From: an uncultured delta proteobacterium
GTDB taxonomy: Bacteria > Myxococcota_A > Polyangia > Fen-1088
Direction of reading: 5' to 3'
DNA: 64,000 nt
Assembly (NCBI GenBank): GCA_963737265.1
Contig: CAVTRY010000018.1
Coordinates: 128,001 to 192,000, forward strand
Below, one piece after another: positions 27,556-36,938 of this stretch. A program made the position numbers and the translations under genes. Numbering within the stretch: position 1 is the first letter of the stretch; each line of letters begins with the position of its first letter. The notes beneath the pieces were generated by a model. That model searched no databases. It was not told the DNA's origin and saw only the letters and a program-made list of their open reading frames with translations.

Positions 27556-28510
27556 TTAGGCGGCGCCAGGCTCCAAGGGCGGGCGGAGGATCGCTTGCTC
27601 GACAGCTTCGGCGGCATCGCAGGCGACCTTGCCGAACTTGCGCATCCAGTAGGTGCCGAAGGGAAACACGATGTTCGCCAAACCAGCCATGTGACCCAGG
27701 AAGGCATCCCGGTATCTCTCAATGAAGCCTCGGTTGCGCAGGAGCGCCTCGATACGCGCCCACTTGTTCTTCGCGGCCACGCGCGGGCTCATCTGAAATC
27801 GTGGTGCATGGCTCTGTGGACAGTGAAAAGGATTCTGCTCTAGGATTCGGTCCCGTCCGAGCACGGTGATGCCCTTGGCGACCCGCCGCCGCTGGCGATG
27901 GTCTGCTTCCTCGGCGCGAACGCTTTCGGTAACGAGGCTGGCCCATTCGCGCTGATCGAGGTGCTGATAGCCCCGTGGCCGCGCGATGGGTAGGCTGGCG
28001 ATTTCGGGCAAGTCGCCGTCGTCGCGAAAGAAATGCTTCGGCCGCGTCGCGGCGAGTTGGCCGCCCGAAATGGTGGCCTGGAACGTGGCGACGCCAGGCC
28101 ATTCCTCGACGGTGTCGACCAGAATCCGCGGCGGTCGGATTGGTGAAAGCGTAGGTCATCTTGTCGAGGATGTCGTTGGGCTCGACCAGATGAACGACGG
28201 AGGTCGGCTCCGATGACCAGAAGCCTTCGTAGCGGCCAAGATAGGCGTTTTGGCAGCGAGCGAGTAGGCCGTGAAAATGTTCGATGAAGACGGGGAAGTT
28301 GCCATCGGGGTCGTGGATGCCGGTGTGGTGGTGGTTCGAGAGAGCCACCGAGAAGGTGACCTCCACCTTGGCCCGCCTGGCGGCCAAGGCCAGGCAGTAG
28401 ATGAAGGCATTGTTGGTGTCTTCATCCGGGCGCAGGAAGAAGCGCCGCTCGGAACAGCGGCGGGTAATCATGTAGTCACGGCCGGGCACGACCTGGCGAG
28501 GGAGGGTCAT
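27556..28510 (-). mobile_element. REP-associated tyrosine transposase-like (HUH/Y1, RAYT-like), one frameshift near 28125
   Basis: MTLPRQVVPGRDYMITRRC, LSNHHH (HUH), GFWSSE and YAFTNP. Removing one base restores ADLVDTVEEWPG and joins the 27556-28011 ORF. Confidence 0.85.
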
Positions 28511-28540
28511 GCATGGGTTCTCGGAAACGGCAGCAGAAAG

Positions 28541-28640
28541 TTGCGAGGGAAAGTACCCTCGGGGTGGATTTGAGGGAAAGTACCCTCGGAGGGGGATTTC
28601 GGGAGGGGGATTTCGGAAAGTACCCTCGGAGGGGGATTTT
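28541..28640 (+). repeat. Repeat array B, short copy (3 x AAAGTACCCTCGG)
   Basis: The first unit forms a CGAGGG-AAAGTA-CCCTCG hairpin. Confidence 0.85.
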
Positions 28641-28755
28641 TCATCCGGGCGCAGGAAGAAGCGCCGCTCGGAACAGCGGCGGGTAATCATGTAGTCACGG
28701 CCGGGCACGACCTGGCGAGGGAGGGTCATGCATGGGTTCTCGGAAACGGCAGCAG
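28641..28755 (-). repeat. Direct duplication of the RAYT 5' end (copy of ~28422-28536)
   Basis: tcatccgggcgcaggaagaag...tcggaaacggcagcag occurs twice. Confidence 0.9.
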
Positions 28756-28868
28756 CTGCTGAGCGACAATTACATCTCCCCAAAGACGACAGCTACGTCG
28801 CCCCGCTTTGAGGCGCGACGGTGACCGTGAGGTAGACCTCCAAGCCCGCAAGCGGGCAGGAGGCACCT

Positions 28869-30369
28869 TTGAAGCCGGTCACCGACGCCCAAGTGAGGCG
28901 TTTGATGGAAGAGATGAGCAAGATTGGAAAAGTAGGCCAGGCCGCCATGAAGGCGGGCATGGACCGGAAGACAGGGCGGCGATACATCGCTGCGGGCAAG
29001 CTACCGTCGGAGCTACGGCAGCCGCGGTGGTGGCGGACGCGCCCTGACGCGTTCGCCGAGGACTGGCCAGCCGTGGCCAAGTTGCTGGAGGAAACGCCTG
29101 GGCTGGAGGCTCAGACGGTGCTGGAGCTGCTGGAGGCGAAGCAGCCAGGGCGGTACAACGAGAGCCATCTTCGGACAATGCAGCGGCGAATCCGTCGCTG
29201 GCGGGCCGAGCATGGTCCTGCGCGTGAGATTTGGTTCACGCAGGCGCATCGGCCCGGTGAAGCCGCGCAAACCGACTTCACGTCGACGGCGGAGCTTGGT
29301 GTGACGATCGTGGGCCAGCTATTTGTGCACCTTTTGTGCGTGACGGTGCTGCCGTACTCGAACTGGCAATGGGCGACCGCGTGTCTGTCGGAGTCTCTGG
29401 CAGCGCTTCGGCGAGGGATCCAGTCGGCGCTGTTCCAGCTTGGGCGGGTGCCGCGATACCACCAAACCGACCACTCGACGGCGGCGACACATCAGATCGC
29501 TCGCGATGCGGAAGATCGCACTTTCAACGATGAATACAAGGCGGTCATGCGGCACCTCGGAATGGAGCCACGAACTACAGCCGTCGGGGCCAAGGAACAA
29601 AACGGCGATGTGGAGGCCAGCAACGGCGCGCTCAAGCGTCGGCTTGAACAAGCGTTGCTGGTGCGTGGCAGCCGCGACTTCGCGGACCAAGACGACTACG
29701 AACGCTTCGTAGCCAAGGTGGTCCGCAAAGCCAACGCTTCGCGAGGCCCGCGCGTCGCCGAGGAGATCGAAGCCATGCGGCCGCTGGTGGTGGAGCGTTT
29801 GCCGGAGTACGCAGAAATGACGGCACCTGTGGCGTCGACGAGCACCATCCGGGTCAAGTCGTGCGCCTACTCGGTGCCGTCGAGGCTGATCGGCGCACGG
29901 GTGAGAGTCCGCGTGTTCGAGCACCGAATCGAGGTGTACTACGCCGACAACTTGGAATTGGCCTGCGACAGGCTGCGAGGCAAGACCGCGCGCATCGACT
30001 ACCGGCACGTCATCTGGTCTTTGGTGCGCAAGCCGGGCGCGTTTTCTCGCTACGTCTACCGAGAAGAGCTGTTTCCAAGCGTGACTTTCAGGCGGGCATA
30101 CGACGCGATCCAGGCGACCAAGCCTGGAATCAAAGGCGACGTTGAATACCTGCGCATTCTTCACCTGGCCGCCAGCACGATGGAAGCCGATGTCGAGCAA
30201 GCGCTCACGACTCTGCTTGCCGATGGGACCATCTTGACGGCGGATGCAACCAAGAAGAGATGCACACAGGCGACGGACAGTACCTATCCACCGAGCGTCC
30301 CCGCGCTCGAAGCACCGCTGGTCGATCTCCGCGTCCTACGACCTGCTCCTCGAACAGGTGGCATCATGA
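28869..30369 (+). CDS. istA: IS21 transposase IstA
   Basis: WRTRPDAF, HRPGEAAQTDFT, QTDHSTAA, NGDVEA, YSVPSRLIG and IDYRHVIWSLVRKPGAF. The natural end VDLASYDLLLEQVAS* is displaced by one extra C near 30330. Confidence 0.9.
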
Positions 30370-31214
30370 CCAACGTCTCCGTAGACACGGTCAAGCCGAG
30401 CGCGCTCGACGCTCTGCTGGTGCTTCTGCGCGCGCTCAAGCTGCCTGCCTTCACCCGGCACGCCGAGGAGATCGCGATCAAGGCCAGCCGCGAGGGGTGG
30501 ACCTTCAGCCAATACCTCCAGCACCTGGCCGAACTGGAAATCGAAGAGCGCCGAACCCGTCGCATCGATCGCGCGCTTCGCGATTCGGACCTTCCCACGG
30601 AGAAAACCCTGGCCACCCTGGAACGTGGTCGGCTGTCACCCAAGGTGATGAAGCAGATGGCGAGCCTGTGTGAGGGTGGCTTTGTCGAACGTGGGGAGAA
30701 CCTGCTCGTCTTCGGACTGCCCGGCCGAGGCAAAAGTCACGTTGTGGCTGCCATCGGCCACGAACTCATCCGGCGCGGCTACCGGGTCCTCTTCACGCCG
30801 ACCTTCGCGCTTGTCCAGAGGCTGCTGGCCGCCAAGCGCGACCTTCGCCTGGAACGAGAACTGGCCGCGCTCGACATCTATCACGCCGTGATCCTCGACG
30901 ACATCGGCTACGTCCAGCAGAGCCGCGATGAAATGGAGGTCCTTTTCACCTTCCTGGCCGAGCGGTACGAACGCAAGAGCGTCCTCATCACCAGCAACCT
31001 GGTCTTCAGCGATTGGATCCGCATTTTCAAGGATCCCATGACCACCGCCGCCGCCATCGACCGACTGGTCCACCACGCGGTCATCCTTGAGATGACCGGC
31101 CCCAGCTACCGCAGCGAAGAAGCACGAAAGAGAGGCGTCACCACCCCAGCGACAACTACGACAACTACCGATCAACCAACGACAACTACCCCCGACAACA
31201 ATGGGGCGATGTAA
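30366..31214 (+). CDS. istB: IS21 helper ATPase IstB
   Basis: Walker A GLPGRGKSH, Walker B VILDDIGY, LITSN and AAIDRLVHH. Confidence 0.93.
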   Translation: MTNVSVDTVKPSALDALLVLLRALKLPAFTRHAEEIAIKASREGWTFSQYLQHLAELEIEERRTRRIDRALRDSDLPTEKTLATLERGRLSPKVMKQMASLCEGGFVERGENLLVFGLPGRGKSHVVAAIGHELIRRGYRVLFTPTFALVQRLLAAKRDLRLERELAALDIYHAVILDDIGYVQQSRDEMEVLFTFLAERYERKSVLITSNLVFSDWIRIFKDPMTTAAAIDRLVHHAVILEMTGPSYRSEEARKRGVTTPATTTTTTDQPTTTTPDNNGAM

Positions 31215-31260
31215 TTGACGTCACCGGGTGAATGTAGTTGACGTCCAGCAGCAGCAGAAA

Positions 31261-31686
31261 GTTGCGAGGGAAAGTACCCTCGGAGGGGGATTTTCCGGAG
31301 GGGGATTCGGGGAGGGGGATTCGGGAAAGTACCCTCGGAGGGGGATTTGGGATTTGGGATTTCGGAGGGGGATTTCGGAAAGTACCCTCGGAGGGGGATT
31401 TCCAAGAGGGGGATTCGGGAAAGTACCCTCGGAGGGGGATTTCGGGAGGGGGATTTCGGAGAGGGGAAAGTACCCTCGGAGGGGGATTTCAGGGGGAAAG
31501 TACCCTCGGAGGGGGATTTCGGAGGGGGATTTCGGAAAGTACCCTCGGAGGGGGATTTCAGGGGGATTTCTCAAGAGGGGGATTCGGGAAAGTACCCTCG
31601 GAGGGGGATTTCGAGCGGGAAAGTACCCTCGGAGGGGGATTTCGAGGGGAAAGTACCCTCGGAGGTGGATTTCCGAGGGGGATTTC
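31261..31686 (+). repeat. Repeat array B, long copy (10 x AAAGTACCCTCGGAG with GGGGGATTTC linkers)
   Basis: Counted directly; strongly G-skewed strand. Confidence 0.9.
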
Positions 31687-32038
31687 CACAGCCTTGATTC
31701 ATCCATTGACTCCTTTGCCCTTGATCCTCTACACTGCTGCGAATCCAGCTTTTCATTGATGTGGTATCCACGACATTTCAGATCCCGACGCTGCGGATAT
31801 CGACGCCATTCATGTTACCGCGTCCGGCAAGGACGCCCCTCTGGTTGATGGGCGAAAGGCGTCACCTTCGCGCTGCACGGGCGGAGGCGCTGTGCGCGGT
31901 GAGCGCTCAATTATTCATTCGTTGATGCCGAAGAGTATTCTCGGAACAAGGGCGGGTTGTCCGTGCCTTGTCAAAACGAAACACCAGTAGAAAGCGGCTC
32001 AGGGGAAGAAGGCCGCATTCCCCAAGTAAGGAGATCAC

Positions 32039-33637
32039 ATGAATCGTGCATTTCGTTGCTTCTCAGGTTTCTTGGCAGGCGTCGCGTTCGTCGGCTGCGC
32101 AGTCATTCTTGCTGTCGGATGCGCCAGCAACCCAAGCAGCGGCACGGGAAGCGGGGGCGCAACGGGAAGCGGCGGTAGCGTTGGGGCGGGCGGGAGCATC
32201 GCCAGCGGTGGCGCGATTGGCAAAGGCGGCGCGCCTGGTAGCGGTGGCGCGCCTGGTAGCGGTGGCGCGCCTGGTAGCGGTGGCGCGATTGGAAGCGGCG
32301 GCGCCACGGCCGGGAGCGCTGGCAGCGGCGGTGTGCCGGGAACTGGCGGTAGTGTCGGAACGGGTGGAAGCGTCGCCAGCGGCGGAGCCGCGGGAGTCAC
32401 CGGCACGGGCGGGAACGTCGCCAGCGGCGGCGCCACCAGTAACGGCGGCGCCGCCACCGCCACCGGTGGGAGCACGAGCACGGATAATATGACCACGCTG
32501 ATGCACTCCGGCATCAACCTCTCGGGCGCGGAGCGCGGATTCGGCTCCGAGATTGAGGAGAGCTGGGGAGCGGCCATCCCTGGCGTCGAAGGTTCGACCT
32601 ACTTCTGGCCCAATCCGGACACGAATACAAACGTGGCGGCGGTCGACAAGACGCTTCTCCCTGGCGGGATGAATACGATTCGTTTGCCCTTCCAGTGGGA
32701 GCGACTGCAGCCCGCTTTGAATGCCGACTTCGATCCGGGCTATCTGGCCAAGATGAAGGCGACGGCGGCGGCATTACGCTCGCGCGGCGCCAACGTGCTG
32801 CTCGACGTTCACAACTACGCCTACTACAAGGTCGACGGGCGAGGCACGCCCGCGAAAGGGCAGCTCATCGGTTCATCCGAGGTTCCTGTCACCGCGTTCG
32901 CCGATTTCTGGCGGCGCATGGCCGTGGAGTTCGGCTCGCAGAGCCAGTCGAGCCCCTACATCTTCGGCTTGATGAACGAGCCGCACGACATCAACACCAC
33001 GGTCTGGATAAGTGCGGCGCAGGCAGCGGTGAACGCCATCCGCACGCAGGGAGCGAAGAACCTGATTTTCGTGCCAGGCTCGAGCTGGACGACGGCGGCT
33101 GACTTCAGCTGGGACGACAACGCGACCCTGCTGCAGAACGTGACGGACCCGCTTAACAATTTCGCCGTCGAAGTGCACCAGTACTACGACGGCCCGTGCA
33201 CGACCACCGGCTACGTCGATCTGCTGGCGGTCTTCGAGAATTGGGCCCGCACCAACCATCGCGTCGCCTTCCTGGGCGAGATGGGCCTGTCAGTATCCGG
33301 CGGTGCGACCTGCCTGCAGGCGTTCGCCAATCTTGTGGACCATCTGCAGGCCACGGCGGCTGGAACGGCGAATGGGGTTTGGGTGGGCTACACCTTCTGG
33401 CTAATCGACTCATCGTCGACCACGTCGGGCGCCGATTTCGTCAGCGGTGGTGGTTGGTCTACCATCCAACCCCGCCTGCCATCGACTTGCGCGAGCGGCG
33501 CGAAAGACGGTAACGAAACCGACGTCGATTGCGGGGGCACTTGCCGGCGCTGCGGCGATGCTAAATCGTGCACGAAGGACTACGACTGCCAAAGCGGATT
33601 CTGCGTCGGCAACAAGTGTGGCACAACCGCGCCGTAG
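32039..33637 (+). CDS. Glycoside hydrolase family 5 (endoglucanase-like) lipoprotein
   Basis: AVGC lipobox and Gly/Ser linker. GINLSGAE, IRLPFQWERLQP, LDVHNY, GLMNEPH, EVHQY and FLGEMG, then a Cys-rich tail DGNETDVDCGG. Confidence 0.92.
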   Translation: MNRAFRCFSGFLAGVAFVGCAVILAVGCASNPSSGTGSGGATGSGGSVGAGGSIASGGAIGKGGAPGSGGAPGSGGAPGSGGAIGSGGATAGSAGSGGVPGTGGSVGTGGSVASGGAAGVTGTGGNVASGGATSNGGAATATGGSTSTDNMTTLMHSGINLSGAERGFGSEIEESWGAAIPGVEGSTYFWPNPDTNTNVAAVDKTLLPGGMNTIRLPFQWERLQPALNADFDPGYLAKMKATAAALRSRGANVLLDVHNYAYYKVDGRGTPAKGQLIGSSEVPVTAFADFWRRMAVEFGSQSQSSPYIFGLMNEPHDINTTVWISAAQAAVNAIRTQGAKNLIFVPGSSWTTAADFSWDDNATLLQNVTDPLNNFAVEVHQYYDGPCTTTGYVDLLAVFENWARTNHRVAFLGEMGLSVSGGATCLQAFANLVDHLQATAAGTANGVWVGYTFWLIDSSSTTSGADFVSGGGWSTIQPRLPSTCASGAKDGNETDVDCGGTCRRCGDAKSCTKDYDCQSGFCVGNKCGTTAP

Positions 33638-33753
33638 CTGTCCTTCCAGCGCCTGCGCGCCTCAATAGAAGCTTTGGGCGATTCGCCGACATGTGTGCGT
33701 GGATGGTGTGTGTCCACGCTCGCCATCCATGGCTCCCAACTAGCGAGGTTTCC

Positions 33754-35040
33754 ATGCCCAGTCCATTCCGCGGTCGCTCGATATTCTTACCCGGTGCTGC
33801 GTTGGTCGTGTCTGCACTTCTTGCGCCAAGCTGCACATCGAGCACCGGCGGCCCCGCCAGTAGCTCTGGTGGCGCCACCGGCTCTGGCGGCGTGACTGGG
33901 CGCGGTGGGACAACTGGAAGCGGTGGTGCTGTGGGAATTGTCACAGGCGGCGCAAGCGGAGCGGTAGGCACGGGCGGCGCCGTACGCTCGGGTGGGGCAG
34001 TCGGCACGGGTGGCGCCGCCTCAGGCGGGGCCATAGGCACGGGTGGGGCGGTGGTAGGCACGGGCGGCGCCGGATCTGGCGGGGCGGTGGGCACGGGCGG
34101 CGCCGGATTTGGCGGGGCCGTAGGCACGGGCGGTGCAGTAGGCACTGGTGGCGCCGGATCTGGCGGGGCGGTGGCCGTAGGCACGGGCGGTGCTGGGGGC
34201 GCTCCTGACCCAGCCCTCGAAACGATTGTGGTGCCAGGAGGCACAGGAGTCGGAGTCTCCAACGCCTCGCTCGACAATGGCGAGCTCTTCTTGCTGCGAG
34301 CCAGCGGCACCGTCGATTTCGGCGGGACGACGATAGACGCGGAGTTCGGCGGCTTTGCCACCGGCAAGGACGGCACGGATTCCGTCGGGAACGTCGACGT
34401 AGGCGTTGATTTCGGGCTCCAGACCGTTCGCACGGCAGTGAACCCCCCTGCTGTCCCACGCATGAAGTGGTTCGGCGCCTATCGCAGCGACCACGTCTAC
34501 TACATCATCGTGAACGGAGTAGGCAAACCGCTTTCCCTCAAGCTGCTCCAGCCTTCGGCTACGGCCGGGACGGGCAGCATCACAGTTTCGCTCTATCGGC
34601 TTTCACCCACGTTTCAGACTGTTGGAAAGTTGGTCGACACGGTTATGGCCCCGGTGACCCAGACGTCGGTCAAGAGCGCCGTCGCAACGATCCAAAACAC
34701 GGTCTATCTTCTACAATGCAACGGCCAAGCAACAGTCGGGGGCAATGGGCTAGGAATGGGCGATGCCGATTGGATGGACTACGACGTCAATGGGGGAGGG
34801 AAGGTCGACATCGGCGATGCCAACACCGACTACGGACTTGGAGTGGACGAGCCTTTCGTGGGTAACCCGAACAGTAATTCTCCGCGCAAGCGCTGGTGGG
34901 GCCAGTGGCGTAAGGATCACATTTACTACATGCTCTTCGCCGGGACGGGCAATACCATCGAATTTGACTACTACGACGTGGGCTACGGCGACAACTCGGC
35001 CACGGTGAAGTTAGCCGTGGGAGTTAGAGAGCTGCACTAA
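33754..35040 (+). CDS. Hypothetical lipoprotein, Gly-rich linker plus internally duplicated domain (paralog 1)
   Basis: APSC lipobox and TGG repeats. Two related motifs, KWFGAYRSDHVYY and RWWGQWRKDHIYY. Confidence 0.8.
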   Translation: MPSPFRGRSIFLPGAALVVSALLAPSCTSSTGGPASSSGGATGSGGVTGRGGTTGSGGAVGIVTGGASGAVGTGGAVRSGGAVGTGGAASGGAIGTGGAVVGTGGAGSGGAVGTGGAGFGGAVGTGGAVGTGGAGSGGAVAVGTGGAGGAPDPALETIVVPGGTGVGVSNASLDNGELFLLRASGTVDFGGTTIDAEFGGFATGKDGTDSVGNVDVGVDFGLQTVRTAVNPPAVPRMKWFGAYRSDHVYYIIVNGVGKPLSLKLLQPSATAGTGSITVSLYRLSPTFQTVGKLVDTVMAPVTQTSVKSAVATIQNTVYLLQCNGQATVGGNGLGMGDADWMDYDVNGGGKVDIGDANTDYGLGVDEPFVGNPNSNSPRKRWWGQWRKDHIYYMLFAGTGNTIEFDYYDVGYGDNSATVKLAVGVRELH

Positions 35041-35291
35041 CAGCCAGCGCGTCCCAAGCGCGGGGTCAGCCGGCGGTACCACCTGCTTTGCAGGCCTTAG
35101 CCAATCTCCCGGACCATTTGCAGGTCACGGTTTCTGCGTCGGCAATAAACGCGGCATGATCGACCCGCGGCTGCCACTTTCTACGCCTGAGCAGCCCCGA
35201 TAGAAGCTTTGGGCGATTCGCCTACATCTTTTTATGGATGGAGTATGTTCGAGCTGCCGTTCATTGCCCCCCAAACCAGCGAGGTGTTCCC

Positions 35292-36650
35292 ATGACGAGT
35301 CCATTCTGCGGTCGCTCGATCTTCCTGTCCGTCGCGGCGTTGTTCCTGTCCGCATTTTTTGCGTCCAGCTGCACATCGGGCGCCGGCAGCAGCCCCGGCA
35401 GTAGCTCTGGTGGCGCCACCAGCTCTGGCGGCATCGCCCGGAGCGGCGGGACAACTGCGAGCGGCGGTGCCGGCGGAATTGCCACAGCTGGCGCAGGCGT
35501 CGTCGCAGGCACGGGCGGAGCCGTGGGCACGGGCGGAGCCGTTGTCACGGGCGGAGCCGTTGTCACGGGCGGAGCCGTCGTAAGCGCGGGGGGCGCCGCA
35601 GGAGGCACGGGCGGCGCCGCAAGCACAGGCGGAGCTATGGGCACGGGCGGCGGCACAAGCACAGGCGGAGCTATGGGCACGGGCGGCGGCACAAGCACAG
35701 GCGGGGCGGTGGGCACGGGCGGCGGCACAAGCACAGGCGGAGCGGTAGGCACGGGCGGGGGCGGGGGCGCGAACGACGCGGGGACTGGCGGCGCGGCAGG
35801 AGGCGGGGGCGCTCCTGACCCGGCCCTCGAAACGATTGTGGTGCCAGGAGGCACAGGAGTCGGCGTCTCCAACACCTCGCTCGACAATGGCGAGCTATTC
35901 TTGCTGCGAGCGAGCGGCACCGTCGATTTCGGCGGGACGACGATAGACGCGGAGTTCGGCGGCTTTGCCACCGGCAAGGACGGCACGGATTCCGTCGGGA
36001 ACGTCGACGTAGGCGTTGATTTCGGGCTCCAGACCGTTCGCACGGCAGTGAACCCCCCTGCCGTCCCACGCATGAAGTGGTTCGGCGCCTATCGCAGCGA
36101 CCACGTCTACTACATCATCGTGAACGGAGCAGGCAAACCGCTTTCCCTCAAGCTGCTCCAGCCTTCGGCTGCGGCCGGGACGGGCAGCATCACGGTTTCG
36201 CTCTATCGGCTTTCACCCACATTCCAGACTGTCGGAAAGTTGGTTGACACGGTGTCCGTGCCCGTAGTCAAGGTCTCGGTAAAGAGCACCGTCGCGACGA
36301 GCGCGGGTACGACCTATCTTCTGCAGTCGGCTGGCCAGGCGCCGTGCGGGAGTGGAGGGACGGGTAACGGCGATTCTGACTACATGGACTATGCCGCTGA
36401 CGGAACAGGACAGGTCGACATCGGGGACGCCAACACCGACTACGGAACCGGAGTAGACGAGCCCTTCGTGGGTAACGCGAACAGCAACACTCCGCGCAAG
36501 CGATGGTGGGGCCTGTGGCGGAAGGACCACATCTATTATATGCTCTACGCTGGGACAGGCAGTCAAATCGAGTTTGACTATTACGATTCAAACTACGGCG
36601 ACAACTCAACAACGGTCAAATTGACCGTGGGGGTTAGAGAGCTGCATTGA
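35292..36650 (+). CDS. Hypothetical lipoprotein, tandem paralog 2
   Basis: Same architecture; the first domain is almost identical to paralog 1. Confidence 0.8.
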   Translation: MTSPFCGRSIFLSVAALFLSAFFASSCTSGAGSSPGSSSGGATSSGGIARSGGTTASGGAGGIATAGAGVVAGTGGAVGTGGAVVTGGAVVTGGAVVSAGGAAGGTGGAASTGGAMGTGGGTSTGGAMGTGGGTSTGGAVGTGGGTSTGGAVGTGGGGGANDAGTGGAAGGGGAPDPALETIVVPGGTGVGVSNTSLDNGELFLLRASGTVDFGGTTIDAEFGGFATGKDGTDSVGNVDVGVDFGLQTVRTAVNPPAVPRMKWFGAYRSDHVYYIIVNGAGKPLSLKLLQPSAAAGTGSITVSLYRLSPTFQTVGKLVDTVSVPVVKVSVKSTVATSAGTTYLLQSAGQAPCGSGGTGNGDSDYMDYAADGTGQVDIGDANTDYGTGVDEPFVGNANSNTPRKRWWGLWRKDHIYYMLYAGTGSQIEFDYYDSNYGDNSTTVKLTVGVRELH

Positions 36651-36938
36651 CAGCCGAGGAGGTGGCAAGTGCGGGTCAGCTGACTCTACGTCTGTCTGGC
36701 GAGCGGTGTACCGGCGTGTGCCACCCAGGAGACAGGCAGTGTAGCAAGCAGGGTTGGCGTGCTCCAGACCTTGCAATACCAGCAGACAATGGCAGAGCCA
36801 ACCAGCCACTTGTTTGTCAGGGCACGTTTGCTCAGCCCCTCTGACTCCTCGGTGGCAGGTCCCCAGGAGAAGACTCGACGTGCTCAACCCGCGCGCCAAT
36901 CGATAGAAGCTCCTGGCGGCGGCCTCACGTTGTTCTGA

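Larger units (their letters stand above)
28757..31250 (+). mobile_element. IS21-family insertion sequence
   Basis: TG...CA ends with imperfect ~48-bp inverted repeats (TGCTGAGCGACAATTACATC / reverse complement TGCTGGACGTCAACTACATT) and internal repeated units. Flanking GCAGC is duplicated (or CAGCAG if the ends extend one base). Confidence 0.92.

Noticed and set aside
31261-31686. CRISPR array or protein-coding repeats (ORFs 31221-31848)
   Set aside because: Linkers are variants of GGGGGATTTC rather than unique spacers; the ORFs are open only because the repeat lacks stop codons.
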